Below are positions 33,953 through 44,802 of a stretch of 64,000 nt of DNA, in pieces. Both the position numbers and the translations under genes were made by a program. The notes under the pieces are model-generated. The model searched no databases. It was not told the DNA's origin and saw nothing but the letters and a program-made list of their open reading frames with translations. Each line of letters begins with the position of its first letter. The first letter of the stretch is position 1. The stretch covers positions 21,154 through 85,153 of the forward strand of contig JAZNMZ010000009.1 of assembly GCA_045580005.1 (NCBI GenBank), in the 5' to 3' direction. Origin of the DNA: Eubacteriales bacterium. Lineage in GTDB: Bacteria; Bacillota; Clostridia; Oscillospirales; CAG-382.

Positions 33953-34753
33953 TCAAAGATTTTTCATTTTTTCCCAAAAAGCGAGCATTTCGTTTACAGA
34001 TAGTTCACAAAGGTCTCTTTTTTCTTTAGTTACAGCACTTTCCATCAATGCAAATCTTCTGATAAATTTCTCGTTTGCAAGGTATAGCGACTCCTCTGCG
34101 TTCACCTCTAATAGGCGCGCAACATTTGCAAAAGCAAAGAGTATGTCCCCTATTTCCTCCTGGATTTTTTCGTTATCTCCTGTAACTACAGCCTCTTTCA
34201 GTTCATTGAATTCCTCGTCTGCTTTCTCAAGTGCAGCGGATGCATCCTTATAGGTAAAACCGCACTTTGCCGCCTTACTTTGAATCTTACTGGCCCTCTG
34301 AAGTGATGGCATAGCTACAGATACTGAGCGAAGTGTGTCGGTGTGACTTTTCTGATGTTTTTCTTTCTTTTTGATTTCATCCCAATTTTTGAGCACCTGC
34401 TCCGAGGTTTCGGCATTGACATTCGAGAAAATATGCGGATGCCTGAGTATAAGCTTCTTGCAAACACCGTCTGCCACTTCGTTGATGTCAAAGCTACCCT
34501 CTTCTTTTGCTATCTGTGCGTGAAACACGACCTGCAAAAGGACATCCCCGAGCTCTTCTTTAAGTATCGCATCGTCACCGCTGTCTATACCCTCTATCGC
34601 CTCATAAGCCTCTTCAAGAAAATTGTTTCTAATAGACTTATGATCCTGTTCTCTGTCCCATGGACAACCGTTTTCTGCACGAAGAATTCTCATAATTTCG
34701 CAAAGGTCAGAGAAATCAAAACTATCTTTTTCCAAAAATTCTTTTACTTCCAT
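33953..34753 (-). CDS. mazG: nucleoside triphosphate pyrophosphohydrolase MazG
   Basis: Tandem MazG repeats: CPWDREQ, EE.YE..EAI and EELGD.L. Confidence 0.85.
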   Translation of the reverse strand: MEVKEFLEKDSFDFSDLCEIMRILRAENGCPWDREQDHKSIRNNFLEEAYEAIEGIDSGDDAILKEELGDVLLQVVFHAQIAKEEGSFDINEVADGVCKKLILRHPHIFSNVNAETSEQVLKNWDEIKKKEKHQKSHTDTLRSVSVAMPSLQRASKIQSKAAKCGFTYKDASAALEKADEEFNELKEAVVTGDNEKIQEEIGDILFAFANVARLLEVNAEESLYLANEKFIRRFALMESAVTKEKRDLCELSVNEMLAFWEKMKNL

Positions 34754-36385
34754 TTAACTTAACAGATTTGCCTTTCTTAAAATTTTAATAATCTTTTCGG
34801 ACTTTGGCAGCATTTTTATGTCCTGCTCAGCAAGAGCCTTTGTGGAAAGCAGCATAAGAATATATACAACACCTGCAACGCATATTGACAAAAGTGTGCC
34901 AATCTTGCTGTTTATTCTGTTATTAAGCAAGCTATACAGAGCGACACACGGAACAATACATACAACCGATGAGATAAAAGGTTTTAAGAATGTGCTCCTT
35001 ATCTTTGGCAAATAACCCATATGCTTTGTCATAAAGTACATATTCAGGATCATAATCGTAAAATAGCAGGCCGCTGTACTAATTGCTGCACCGACCACAT
35101 TTATCTCGGGTATGCCTATGAGTACATATGACAGAATAAGCTTCACTGCGATGCCGGAAACGGTAGAAATAATTGTCTTGTTCTGCAAATTATACGCCTG
35201 TAGCGCTGAATTTGTAACACCAATAAGACCGAGGAAGAATACCGCGAGCCCCATAACTGCAAGACAAGGGGCTGCAACCTGCGAGGTTGTCTTTGTCGTG
35301 CCCTCTATATACTCGGTACTGAAGAGAATCTGAAGAATAGGTCCTGCCATTGCAGAAAGCCCAAGAGCACACGGAAAAGCGACAATAGATGCCACCCTGA
35401 AAGTTGAGTCTAGAAGTGATTTAGCTTCTTCTTCCTGCTTCGCGCCAAAAAATCTTGACAACGCGGGAAGTGCGCTTATTGCAAAAGGTGATATAAGGTT
35501 TGTAGGCATATTAAAAAGTGTCAGCGCCTGTGAGGTATATGAGCCGTATGCGCTAACAGCATACGCATCCGAAAAGGCTCCCGAGGCGGTCATACGGCTT
35601 GTCACAAACCATGTGTCAATAATATTTGTAAACCCCATAATAGACGAAGCGAGAGTTATCGGGATAGATATTGCAACAAGCTCGGCCAAAAGACTCTTTG
35701 TCGGGCGCACAGCAAGTTCGAACTCAGGCTCAGTCGCCTCTGATACGCTATACATTCTTTTTATAAAAAAGGCATACATTGTCGAGGCAACAACACCTAT
35801 TGTCACCCCAAGTATCACAAATGCAGCCACAATGTGTATTGGATAACCAAGTGAAGTAAAATACCAACCTGCAACAAGACCGATAAGAAGCTTACCAAGA
35901 GACTCTATAACCTGCGAAACGGCAGTGGGAGTCATGTTCTGAAGTCCCTGAAAATAGCCTCTGTACGCCGATGAAATGCATATAAAGAACAGCGTGGGCG
36001 CTATTGCGATAATCGCAATAGACGCATCCTGAAGCTCCTCACTTACAAGCACATCCCGCAAAGCAATCATTATTGCGGTACCAAACAGTCCCACGGTAAA
36101 GAAAAGCCAGTATGCAATCTTGAACACCTTGTTTACTTCCTTTACATTACCCCTTGCGTTGCTTGTAGCAATCATCCTTGATATGGCAACAGGAAGACCC
36201 GCGGTTGACACCATATAAAATGTAGTATAAATGCTGTACGCCGCATTAAAATATGCCATTCCCTCCGAACCAATTATGTTGGTCAGCGGTATCTTGAAAA
36301 AAGCTCCTATCAGCTTCACAAGAACTGTTGAAAACATAAGTATCACTGCGCCGTACATAAATGTCTGGCTTTTTTGTCTAGTCAA
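34754..36385 (-). CDS. MOP-superfamily polysaccharide/lipid II flippase (YabM/SpoVB family)
   Basis: About 14 transmembrane segments. Position upstream of mazG matches the B. subtilis yabM-yabN order. Confidence 0.75.
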   Translation of the reverse strand: MTRQKSQTFMYGAVILMFSTVLVKLIGAFFKIPLTNIIGSEGMAYFNAAYSIYTTFYMVSTAGLPVAISRMIATSNARGNVKEVNKVFKIAYWLFFTVGLFGTAIMIALRDVLVSEELQDASIAIIAIAPTLFFICISSAYRGYFQGLQNMTPTAVSQVIESLGKLLIGLVAGWYFTSLGYPIHIVAAFVILGVTIGVVASTMYAFFIKRMYSVSEATEPEFELAVRPTKSLLAELVAISIPITLASSIMGFTNIIDTWFVTSRMTASGAFSDAYAVSAYGSYTSQALTLFNMPTNLISPFAISALPALSRFFGAKQEEEAKSLLDSTFRVASIVAFPCALGLSAMAGPILQILFSTEYIEGTTKTTSQVAAPCLAVMGLAVFFLGLIGVTNSALQAYNLQNKTIISTVSGIAVKLILSYVLIGIPEINVVGAAISTAACYFTIMILNMYFMTKHMGYLPKIRSTFLKPFISSVVCIVPCVALYSLLNNRINSKIGTLLSICVAGVVYILMLLSTKALAEQDIKMLPKSEKIIKILRKANLLS

Positions 36386-36393
36386 AATTACAC

Positions 36394-37863
36394 CTACTTT
36401 GTTTCTTCGTAAAATTTGATTGTCTCTTCCCTGTTTTTATAAATATACCTGTCATAAGACAAATATTCATACGGATATTTTGGGTTATAAAGATTAAGTG
36501 AGCGCGCACGATTGCGTGATACGAGCTTTGTGGCAGCACCTGCTCCCACTGCAAAGACGGTAGAAAGCTCATCCATCATATAAATATTATATAGGCATAT
36601 CTTTCCATCTCTTGCAAAACCGATGTTTTCAAAATTACCCGGAGTATTCTTCTGTCTGTAAATATAGTAAGGATCATATCCCCGGTTTGCAAGCGCAGAT
36701 TTTGCATAATCAAGCATTCTTTCAATGTCGCATATGTCTGTGTCGCATCCTATGCCCGACAGCTTGAATTCGGCAGATTTTTTGAGAGAAAATGTGTGCA
36801 CCGTAATATTTTCAGGAAAAAAATTCAGCACATCATCCACACTCTTGCAAAAGCTCTCATACGATTCTCCGGGAAGCCCTGCTATAAGGTCGGTGTTTAT
36901 ATTATCAAAACCTGCCGTGCGCGCCATATTCATCGCTCTTTTGTAATCTTCATAGGTGTGAGCCCTGCCCACAGACGCAAGTATGCTGTCGTTTGTAGTC
37001 TGGGTGTTAATACATATACGAGTAACGCCGCAGGACTTTAAAATTTTAAGTTTTGCTTCTGTTACCGTGTCGGGTCGCCCAAGCTCAAAAGTGAATTCCG
37101 AAAGAGAGGATATGTCGACACATTGTCTTATATGCCCGATAAGCGCGGCAAGCTCGCTCTCATTCAGCATGCCGGGCGTTCCTCCGCCCACATAAAGCGT
37201 TTTGAACGCCAGACCGAGGTCAGCTGCCATTGACGAGCAAAAGCTTAAATCAGCCTTGAGGCGGCTCACATAATCGGGCAACATAGAGATAAGTCTTTCG
37301 GTTGCATAAGATACAAAAGAACAGTATCTGCATTTTGTAGGGCAGAAAGGAATTCCTATATACAAGTTGCAATCACTGTCATTTGTTTTGTCGTATAGAG
37401 CCAGTTCATTTGCTGCAACATCAGCCGCAAGCTCTGCCTTGCTGCGTGATACTTTATAATACTTGCAAAGAATATCCTCAGTCTCGTCTTTGCTGTATCC
37501 TTTTAACATAAAACCAAGAGCAAAGCGCGCAGGTCTGACTCCAGTCATCATTCCCCACGGAGGCATATACCCTGTTATTTCGCAAAAAAGCGAAAGAAAC
37601 AGCTCACCTGCAAAGCACTTTTCACAGTCTGTCTGTGCGATATAATAAGAAATCTCCCTTTCAAGACTTTTTTGCAAAAAAGTGCCGTTATCTGCAAAAC
37701 TCATTTTCCCGGAAAGAATACCGTTTTTTCTCTCAAGTGATAAATCAAGCGTTTTATCGTTCTTGTCCTTGCCGAAGCTCTCACAGGGAAAATACAAAAG
37801 CGTCAGCGTCTGAAGATAATGCTCACTGAGACTTGTTCCGATATTTGTAAGAATTATTTTCAT
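36394..37863 (-). CDS. radical SAM protein, HemZ-like coproporphyrinogen dehydrogenase family
   Basis: [10 protein letters not shown] (CX3CX2C), HemN-like core and an N-terminal extension as in HemZ annotations. Confidence 0.7.
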   Translation of the reverse strand: MKIILTNIGTSLSEHYLQTLTLLYFPCESFGKDKNDKTLDLSLERKNGILSGKMSFADNGTFLQKSLEREISYYIAQTDCEKCFAGELFLSLFCEITGYMPPWGMMTGVRPARFALGFMLKGYSKDETEDILCKYYKVSRSKAELAADVAANELALYDKTNDSDCNLYIGIPFCPTKCRYCSFVSYATERLISMLPDYVSRLKADLSFCSSMAADLGLAFKTLYVGGGTPGMLNESELAALIGHIRQCVDISSLSEFTFELGRPDTVTEAKLKILKSCGVTRICINTQTTNDSILASVGRAHTYEDYKRAMNMARTAGFDNINTDLIAGLPGESYESFCKSVDDVLNFFPENITVHTFSLKKSAEFKLSGIGCDTDICDIERMLDYAKSALANRGYDPYYIYRQKNTPGNFENIGFARDGKICLYNIYMMDELSTVFAVGAGAATKLVSRNRARSLNLYNPKYPYEYLSYDRYIYKNREETIKFYEETK

Positions 37864-38330
37864 ACCTTAAGGTCGTTTGTGTCAAGCAGAATTGTCACAG
37901 GTCCGTCGTTGAGCAATGAAACCTTCATATCCGCTCCAAATATGCCACACTCTACACTGAGTTTGTATTCATCCTTGAGGTAGCATACAAATTTTTCATA
38001 AAGGGGTTTTGCAATATCCGGCTTTGCTGCCGACAGAAAATCCGGTCTGTTGCCGTGTCTGCAATTTGCGTACAAAGTAAACTGTGAAATGACAAGAACG
38101 CTGTATGGGTTGTCTATATTCTGAAAATCAAGAAGCGAAAGATTCATTCTTTCGTTCTCATCCTCAAAGATTCTCATTTTTGCAATCTTGTCTGCCAGAG
38201 CCCTCATGTGAGCTTCGGTATCATCGGCCGTTACGCCTAAAAGTACAAGAAAACCGTTTCCGATTTTACCGACAACATTACCGTCAACCGTAACAGACGC
38301 GCTTGTTACTCTCTGAATTACTGCTTTCAT
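37860..38330 (-). CDS. dtd: D-aminoacyl-tRNA deacylase
   Basis: [12 protein letters not shown] start and SQFTLYA motif. Confidence 0.9.
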   Translation of the reverse strand: MKAVIQRVTSASVTVDGNVVGKIGNGFLVLLGVTADDTEAHMRALADKIAKMRIFEDENERMNLSLLDFQNIDNPYSVLVISQFTLYANCRHGNRPDFLSAAKPDIAKPLYEKFVCYLKDEYKLSVECGIFGADMKVSLLNDGPVTILLDTNDLKV

Positions 38331-38351
38331 AAATCTTTCCTTTTACTGTTA

Positions 38352-40580
38352 TTAGGAAAAGCCTCTTGTAACATCCATAATATCAGAAAGGCTTCTGATT
38401 CTTCCAAGGATGGTATTTACATGAGTTGTGTTCTTACAAGTAATGTTTATTGTTATCATAAGAACATCTTTTCCCTGTATTACCTTTGAATTGAGTGAAT
38501 TTACCGGCACTTTCATATCCCCGAGCATTTTTGAAAGCTCAACGATAACAGAAAGTGAATTTCTTGCGTAAATCTGCAGAATTGTCTCAAATCCCTGCTC
38601 ATTGTTACTCTGAGCTATCGAGTACTGAGACCAGTGTACACTTACCCATCTGTCTGCTTCTTCGGGGCTGTTTTTGCCTGAAACGGCATTAGGACAGTTG
38701 GTCTTGTGAACCGACACACCAAAGCCTCTGGTGATATAACCTATAATGCTGTCGCCGGGAAGCGGATTACAGCAACGGGCAAATCTTATCTGACAGTTAT
38801 CTATGTCATCAACGATAATTGTCTGATTCAGCTTCTTGACGCGCTTTTTAACATTTTCCTGCTGATACTGCACATCATAGCTGGCTGTATCGTTAGACAC
38901 TGTTTCAGATTCCTCGACCTTTACCACTCTGTCAAACTCATCTCTGAGTTTTGGCAGCAGTTTTGACATTGACATACCGCCAAAGCCAAGACTGTTATAC
39001 AGGTCGTCAACATCAGCCATGCCTATGCGCTTTGAAACATTGGCAATAATTTCGGTCTTCTGCTGTTCTGTATATGCTCTGCCGAAGCTCTTAAGCTCTC
39101 TTTCGATAATTGCTTTGCCCTCGACAATGTTTTCTGTGCGTTTTTCTTTCTTGTACCACTGACGGATTTTATTTTTAGCTTCGCTTGTCCGTACAATTTT
39201 GAGCCAGTCCTTGCTGGGACCTTTTGGCGAGGACGAGGTGATTACTTCGACAATCTGTCCTGTCTGCAGCACAGTGTCGATTGGAACTATCATGCCGTTA
39301 ACCTTGGCTCCGGTCATACGATTGCCCACCTCACTGTGGATGGCGAAAGCAAAGTCAATGGCAGTAGAGCCGTTCTGAAGATTGATTACATCTCCCTTGG
39401 GAGTGAAAACAAATATTTCATCCTCAAAAATATCAATCTTAAGAGGCTTTAAGAATTCTTCGTTGTCAGCGTCACCCTTTTCGGTTTCAACAAGGGTGCG
39501 TATCCACTGGAGCTTTTCGGCAATATTCTCTTTATCCACATCACCCGACTTGTATTTCCAGTGTGCAGCAACACCGTATTCTGCGATAGTGTGCATTTCC
39601 CATGTTCTAATTTGCACTTCAAACGGTATACCGTGTCTGCCGATGACAGTAGTATGAAGTGAACGGTACATATTCGGTTTAGGGGTCGAGATATAGTCCT
39701 TAAAGCGACCGGGAATGAGATTGAACATCTCGTGTATAATGCCGAGAACAGTATAACACTCAAGCTCGGTATCAACAATAATTCTTATCGCATAAAAATC
39801 AAATATCTCATCAAAGCTCTTGCCCTGATTAAACATTTTCTTGTAAATACTGAAAATAGACTTAACGCGTCCAGACATAGAGTATTTAAAGCCCTCTGCA
39901 CCAAGCTTTTCTGCAACCTTATTTTGTGCGTGCTCAAGGAAATCGCGGTTTTCACCGTAACGGTGCTCGACCTCCTTTTTTACTTCGTCATAGCCAATTG
40001 GGTCAAGATACTTAAGAGCGAGATTTTCAAGTTCGCCCTTGATTTTCTGAATACCGAGGCGGTGAGCCAACGGTGCATACACATGCATTGTTTCGAGCGC
40101 AATAGAGCGCTGCTTTTCTTCAGGCTGTGCAGATAGCGTGCGCATATTGTGAAGCCTGTCGGCAAGCTTTATAAAAATCACGCGAATATCCTTGGACATA
40201 GCAAGGAACATCTTGCGCAGATTTTCTACGCTTTCCTCTTCCCTGTTTTCAAACTGAATGTCAACAAGCTTTGTAACGCCGTCAACAAGCTCGTAAACTT
40301 CATTGGAAAAGAGCTTTCTTATAGTGTTGCTGTCAGTCTTTTCCTTGCAGTCCTCAAGTGTATCATGCAATAGTGCCGCACAGACAGAATCGGTGTCAAG
40401 CTCAAGCTGAGCAACTATAATTGCAACGGCTACCGGATGAGAAATATATGGTTCTCCTGACTTTCTCATCTGTCCGTCGTGCATCTCATTGGCATAGTCA
40501 TATGCCTTTTTAATCTTATCAAAATCGTATAATGAGCTGATTTCTTTCAACTTGTCATACAGTTGCGAATAATAATCCAT
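38352..40580 (-). CDS. relA: bifunctional (p)ppGpp synthetase/hydrolase
   Basis: HD hydrolase domain (HPVAVA..LHDTLED), RelA/SpoT synthetase, TGS and ACT regions. ATG at 40580 after GGAGAG. Confidence 0.9.
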   Translation of the reverse strand: MDYYSQLYDKLKEISSLYDFDKIKKAYDYANEMHDGQMRKSGEPYISHPVAVAIIVAQLELDTDSVCAALLHDTLEDCKEKTDSNTIRKLFSNEVYELVDGVTKLVDIQFENREEESVENLRKMFLAMSKDIRVIFIKLADRLHNMRTLSAQPEEKQRSIALETMHVYAPLAHRLGIQKIKGELENLALKYLDPIGYDEVKKEVEHRYGENRDFLEHAQNKVAEKLGAEGFKYSMSGRVKSIFSIYKKMFNQGKSFDEIFDFYAIRIIVDTELECYTVLGIIHEMFNLIPGRFKDYISTPKPNMYRSLHTTVIGRHGIPFEVQIRTWEMHTIAEYGVAAHWKYKSGDVDKENIAEKLQWIRTLVETEKGDADNEEFLKPLKIDIFEDEIFVFTPKGDVINLQNGSTAIDFAFAIHSEVGNRMTGAKVNGMIVPIDTVLQTGQIVEVITSSSPKGPSKDWLKIVRTSEAKNKIRQWYKKEKRTENIVEGKAIIERELKSFGRAYTEQQKTEIIANVSKRIGMADVDDLYNSLGFGGMSMSKLLPKLRDEFDRVVKVEESETVSNDTASYDVQYQQENVKKRVKKLNQTIIVDDIDNCQIRFARCCNPLPGDSIIGYITRGFGVSVHKTNCPNAVSGKNSPEEADRWVSVHWSQYSIAQSNNEQGFETILQIYARNSLSVIVELSKMLGDMKVPVNSLNSKVIQGKDVLMITINITCKNTTHVNTILGRIRSLSDIMDVTRGFS

Positions 40581-40605
40581 ACTACTCTCCAAACAGCTAT
40601 TTGTA

Positions 40606-42699
40606 TCAGTGAAGCCCTCTGAGGCTTCTCAGCAATCTTGAATTTTCAAGAACTACCTTGTTTTCTACATTTTTTATAACAACATCACAATCGTTAAGTC
40701 CGCTGCGCTCAAGCTCTATAAGCCCCATTTCATAAAAAACATCGAGAATTATGTTAAGCATACATGGGGTGACATTCATAGAAAACTCGTCCGAAACAGA
40801 GCGCGCGGTCTTATACACATCTACATACTTTGTGTCCTTGAGCTTAGCTCTGAGATAAATAAATACCGCTTTAAAATTCTGCATATCCGGCAGATTGTCC
40901 TTGCTTATAATAAACGACGAAATGGCCACAAGGTATTCCTTGGCTTGCTTGTTAATGTAAGTAAGAATCCGCTCGGACAGCTTTATATCACGAACATTAA
41001 GCTGTGCGTTCCTTGATCCCTTATACTCATTAATCTCAAGGTTAAAAGCAACATCAACGGTAAAACCCTCCAGGAATCTGAAATTTTCGGGCGACATATT
41101 GAAGTATACAGCCGAAAACTTTTTTCCGTCCTTTGACAGGACAAGCTTTAAGTGCTTGTTTGCTCCGATGGGCACTACAGAATCAACTCTTGCATCTTTT
41201 AGAACAAAGACAGGAGCAGCGTTTCCAAGACCGAAAGGCTCCAACAAGCTGAGTGCTGAGGCAGTTTCGATATCTATCTCATCCGCAGAAAGCTCACAAT
41301 CAATATTTATACACGACTGTCTCATTTCATCGTTTAAAATGTCCTGAGCATAGTAGTTAATTGCATCATTGAAATCCTCAAGACTTTCCTGCGAAAGACT
41401 AAGACCTGCAGCAAGCTCGTGACCACCGTATTTGAGAAGATATTCCTTGCAGTTTGAAAAAGCTTCATTGATATTAAAGCCTTTTATACTTCTTGCAGAG
41501 CCTTTTCCGATACCATCCTTAAATGTGATGAGGACACTAGGCAGTCTGTATTTTTCTGTAATTCTGGAAGCCACGATTCCTGTGACTCCCTGATGCCACT
41601 TTTCTGACGACAGAACAATTACCTTTGTTTTTTCAAGGTTAATATTTTCAGAAATCTGCTTTTCAGCATCAAGTAAAATCTCATTTTCTATATTCTGACG
41701 CTGCTTGTTCAGTGTACAGAGTATATCGGCAAGCGACTCTGCTATTTCAGCGGTTTGAGTAATAAGAAGCTCCGCGGCATTCTTAACATCGCCTATTCTG
41801 CCTGCAGCATTAAGTCTCGGAGCAAGAGCAAAAGATACTAATGAGGACGGTATCTTTTTATTCTTTTCAAGATACTCGGGACAAGCTGCTTTAATAAGTG
41901 TTCTTATACCTAGGTTCTTTGTGTTTTTTATGCACTTAAGTCCGTGGCAAACTATTCTGCGGTTTTCTCCGACAAGGGGCATAACATCGGCAAGTGTGCC
42001 TACCGAAACAAGGTCAATATACTTATCGCAAACTGCTGGAAGATTTTCCTCCCCCTCAAGAGCGCAGATAAGTTTGAACACAACACCCACTCCGGCAAGC
42101 TCGCGGAAAGAAAATTCATTGTCGCTTCGCTGCGGATTTACAACAGCATAGGCAGCCTCGGGAAGTTCCTCGCGGCATTCGTGGTGGTCTGTAATGACAA
42201 CATCTATTTGCTTTTCCTTAGCATATTCTGTCTCAGCGCTCGCTGTAACACCTGTGTCTACTGTAATAATGAGCTGTATGCCGGCAGCTGCAAATTTATC
42301 TATAGCAGCAGTGTTGAGTCCATATCCTTCCGAGAGTCTTTCGGGTATATAATAGCATACATTTGCGCCCTGCTCTCTGAGATAAAGATAAAGAGTGGCA
42401 ACAGAGGTAATGCCGTCGACATCATAGTCGCCGTATATCAGAATTCTCTCACGACCCGTAATAGCCTTATTTACCCTATTTACAGCCTTATCCATATCCT
42501 TAAGCAAAAACGGATCTATAAAGGAGTAATCATCAGCACTGAGAAAATCCTGCACCTTGCTCTGCGTATCAAAGCCTCTTGTTACAAGAAGTTTTGCAAC
42601 AAGTTCGGGGATGTCGAACTTTTGTGAAATGACTCCAGAAATATCATTATCGGTTGTCAGGATATTCCATTTTTTCTCATCTTGTAGTTTAATTCTCAT
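40606..42699 (-). CDS. recJ: single-stranded-DNA-specific exonuclease RecJ
   Basis: DHH motifs (GDYDVDGITS, DHH) and DHHA1 (GGHELAAG). Confidence 0.9.
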   Translation of the reverse strand: MRIKLQDEKKWNILTTDNDISGVISQKFDIPELVAKLLVTRGFDTQSKVQDFLSADDYSFIDPFLLKDMDKAVNRVNKAITGRERILIYGDYDVDGITSVATLYLYLREQGANVCYYIPERLSEGYGLNTAAIDKFAAAGIQLIITVDTGVTASAETEYAKEKQIDVVITDHHECREELPEAAYAVVNPQRSDNEFSFRELAGVGVVFKLICALEGEENLPAVCDKYIDLVSVGTLADVMPLVGENRRIVCHGLKCIKNTKNLGIRTLIKAACPEYLEKNKKIPSSLVSFALAPRLNAAGRIGDVKNAAELLITQTAEIAESLADILCTLNKQRQNIENEILLDAEKQISENINLEKTKVIVLSSEKWHQGVTGIVASRITEKYRLPSVLITFKDGIGKGSARSIKGFNINEAFSNCKEYLLKYGGHELAAGLSLSQESLEDFNDAINYYAQDILNDEMRQSCINIDCELSADEIDIETASALSLLEPFGLGNAAPVFVLKDARVDSVVPIGANKHLKLVLSKDGKKFSAVYFNMSPENFRFLEGFTVDVAFNLEINEYKGSRNAQLNVRDIKLSERILTYINKQAKEYLVAISSFIISKDNLPDMQNFKAVFIYLRAKLKDTKYVDVYKTARSVSDEFSMNVTPCMLNIILDVFYEMGLIELERSGLNDCDVVIKNVENKVVLENSRLLRSLRGLH

Positions 42700-42720
42700 A
42701 TCTATTCTAAATTCAGAAAA

Positions 42721-43152
42721 TCAGTTTTCCGGGTCCTCTCCTAATATTTTTGTAATTTCGATATTCGTGCTTTTTGAAAGCCTCTTGTTCAGCGAAAAGC
42801 TGATAATAAGTGCAGAAAGTATAAAAACTGTCGCACACACGATGTAACAGACGGTATTATTGTCAGTAAAATATCGGGTGACAAAATAAGAAACAAAAGA
42901 AAGAATTATCGGAAGCACAAATACACAAAAACTGATACCGAGTATCAAAGAGCTGTCGGAGATAATCTCAACAGTATCTCCCGGTTTTGCCCCGACGGTA
43001 TTTTTCGCAAGCGACACAACATGCTCACAGCCATGAGCTCCAGTGCCGCAAACAGCCTTTTGCTTACAACTTTCACAAGCAGACCTGCGTACTACGCTTA
43101 TTGTAGCAAAACCTCCGTTTGTTGAAATAACCTTACCTGTATTTTTCATCAA
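42721..43152 (-). CDS. RseC/MucC (SoxR-reducing system) family protein
   Basis: N-terminal Cys cluster (CESCKQKAVCG...GC) followed by two transmembrane segments. Confidence 0.6.
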   Translation of the reverse strand: MMKNTGKVISTNGGFATISVVRRSACESCKQKAVCGTGAHGCEHVVSLAKNTVGAKPGDTVEIISDSSLILGISFCVFVLPIILSFVSYFVTRYFTDNNTVCYIVCATVFILSALIISFSLNKRLSKSTNIEITKILGEDPEN

Positions 43153-43158
43153 TTTACC

Positions 43159-44802
43159 TCAAAGCTTATATCTGGAAATAAATTCAATAGCACATTTGAT
43201 GCCATCAACTGCGGCACTTGTAATGCCTCCTGCATAGCCTGCCCCCTCGCCACACGGGTATATACCATCATAGTGAGGAGCCTGAAATTTATCATTTCTG
43301 ACAATTCTGACAGGAGATGATGTTCTCGTCTCGGGTCCTGTGATAATTGTGCTGTCGGCAGAAAAGCCCTCTATACGACTGTTGAAGCTCGCAAATCCGT
43401 CTTTCAGCATCTCAGTAATGTAGCCCGGAAAAATCTCTGCTATATTGCAGCGAGAGATTTTCCCTGTATATGTTGGCAGGACATCAGTGGACAAGGAATT
43501 CTTTGTAGTACCCAAGAAATCGCCCATTGTCTGGTATGGCGCACTGCCGTCGTCGCCGGCAAGGCGAAAAGCAGCATTTTCTATCCTTTGTTGGTATTGA
43601 ATTGCACCAAATACACTTGAGCCGTAGTCTTTTTCCAAAACAGATACGGCAATGGCAGAATTTGCATTCTTTCCGTCACGAGCAGAATAACTCATGCCGT
43701 TTGTTACAATCTCTCCATCAGCTGACGCAGAGGCAACAACAGTTCCTCCAGGACACATACAAAAAGAATACACAGCCCTGTCGCCCACTCTTTTTGAAAG
43801 TGCGTATTCGCCCTGAGGCAAAGCGGGATTCAGGTATTCTTTACCGTAAAGAGCCTTATTAATGTTTTCCTGAAGATGTTCTACCCGAACACCCACAGAA
43901 AAGGCTTTTGGACGGATGTCAAAGCCGCCCTTCATAAGCATCTCAAAACTATCCCTCGCGCTGTGTCCAAGTGCGAGAAATACACTTTTTGCAGTGAAAT
44001 CACCTTTTGTCGTGCGAACAGCGTTCAGTCTGCCTGCACTATCAAACAAGAAGCCTGATAGAGTAGTATTGAAGTGCACCTCGCCACCGAGCGAAATTAT
44101 TTCATTTCTCATGTTCTTTACAATAATTCTAAGCTTATCGGTGCCGATATGGGGCTTTGCGTTTGTAAGAATATCACGGTCAGCACCGAATCTGTAGAAT
44201 GTATCAAGAACAAAGCTACAGTATCTGTTGTTGATTCTTGTTAGCAGCTTGCCGTCAGAAAAAGTGCCTGCACCTCCCTCGCCGAACTGAACATTAGAGT
44301 GTGGATTGAGATTGCCTTTTTCCCAGTACTCGCTCACACTTTTCGCTCTTGAATCAACATCCTCACCGCGCTCAAGCACGATCGGTCTGAATCCCGCCCT
44401 CGCAAGGACGAGAGCACAGAACATTCCGCACGGCCCGAACCCTGCAACAACAGGACGAAAGTCGGCTCTTTCTGTGCCGTATTCATACTCAAGACCGATT
44501 TCGTCCAACACGGCAAAACCGTTCTTTTTACAGCACTCATACAACCTATCAAGCTGCTTTATGTCAAAGGTGACAAAGTCGGTGCTTATAAGTACCGAAT
44601 ACACAAAGCAAATCTCGTCCTTTTTGCGCGCGTCTACCGACTTCTTATACACCGACAGATCTTTATCTTCAAAATCAAGAGGAATATGTGATTTTACAGC
44701 TAACTTTCTAGCCTTATATATAGCCGCAAGGTCATGATCTGCAAAGCTGCCGGTAAGCGGTACTTTTATATTGCGTATGACAATACCCTTAATTGCGCTC
44801 AT
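43159..44802 (-). CDS. FAD-dependent oxidoreductase family protein (uncharacterised)
   Basis: Dinucleotide-binding motif VVAGFGPCGMF and a C-terminal GEGAGYAGGI motif. Confidence 0.65.
   Translation of the reverse strand: MSAIKGIVIRNIKVPLTGSFADHDLAAIYKARKLAVKSHIPLDFEDKDLSVYKKSVDARKKDEICFVYSVLISTDFVTFDIKQLDRLYECCKKNGFAVLDEIGLEYEYGTERADFRPVVAGFGPCGMFCALVLARAGFRPIVLERGEDVDSRAKSVSEYWEKGNLNPHSNVQFGEGGAGTFSDGKLLTRINNRYCSFVLDTFYRFGADRDILTNAKPHIGTDKLRIIVKNMRNEIISLGGEVHFNTTLSGFLFDSAGRLNAVRTTKGDFTAKSVFLALGHSARDSFEMLMKGGFDIRPKAFSVGVRVEHLQENINKALYGKEYLNPALPQGEYALSKRVGDRAVYSFCMCPGGTVVASASADGEIVTNGMSYSARDGKNANSAIAVSVLEKDYGSSVFGAIQYQQRIENAAFRLAGDDGSAPYQTMGDFLGTTKNSLSTDVLPTYTGKISRCNIAEIFPGYITEMLKDGFASFNSRIEGFSADSTIITGPETRTSSPVRIVRNDKFQAPHYDGIYPCGEGAGYAGGITSAAVDGIKCAIEFISRYKL

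Noticed and set aside
41944-42627. 227-aa plus-strand ORF
   Set aside because: It is antisense to recJ, which has clear DHH/DHHA1 motifs. It has no RBS or motifs of its own.
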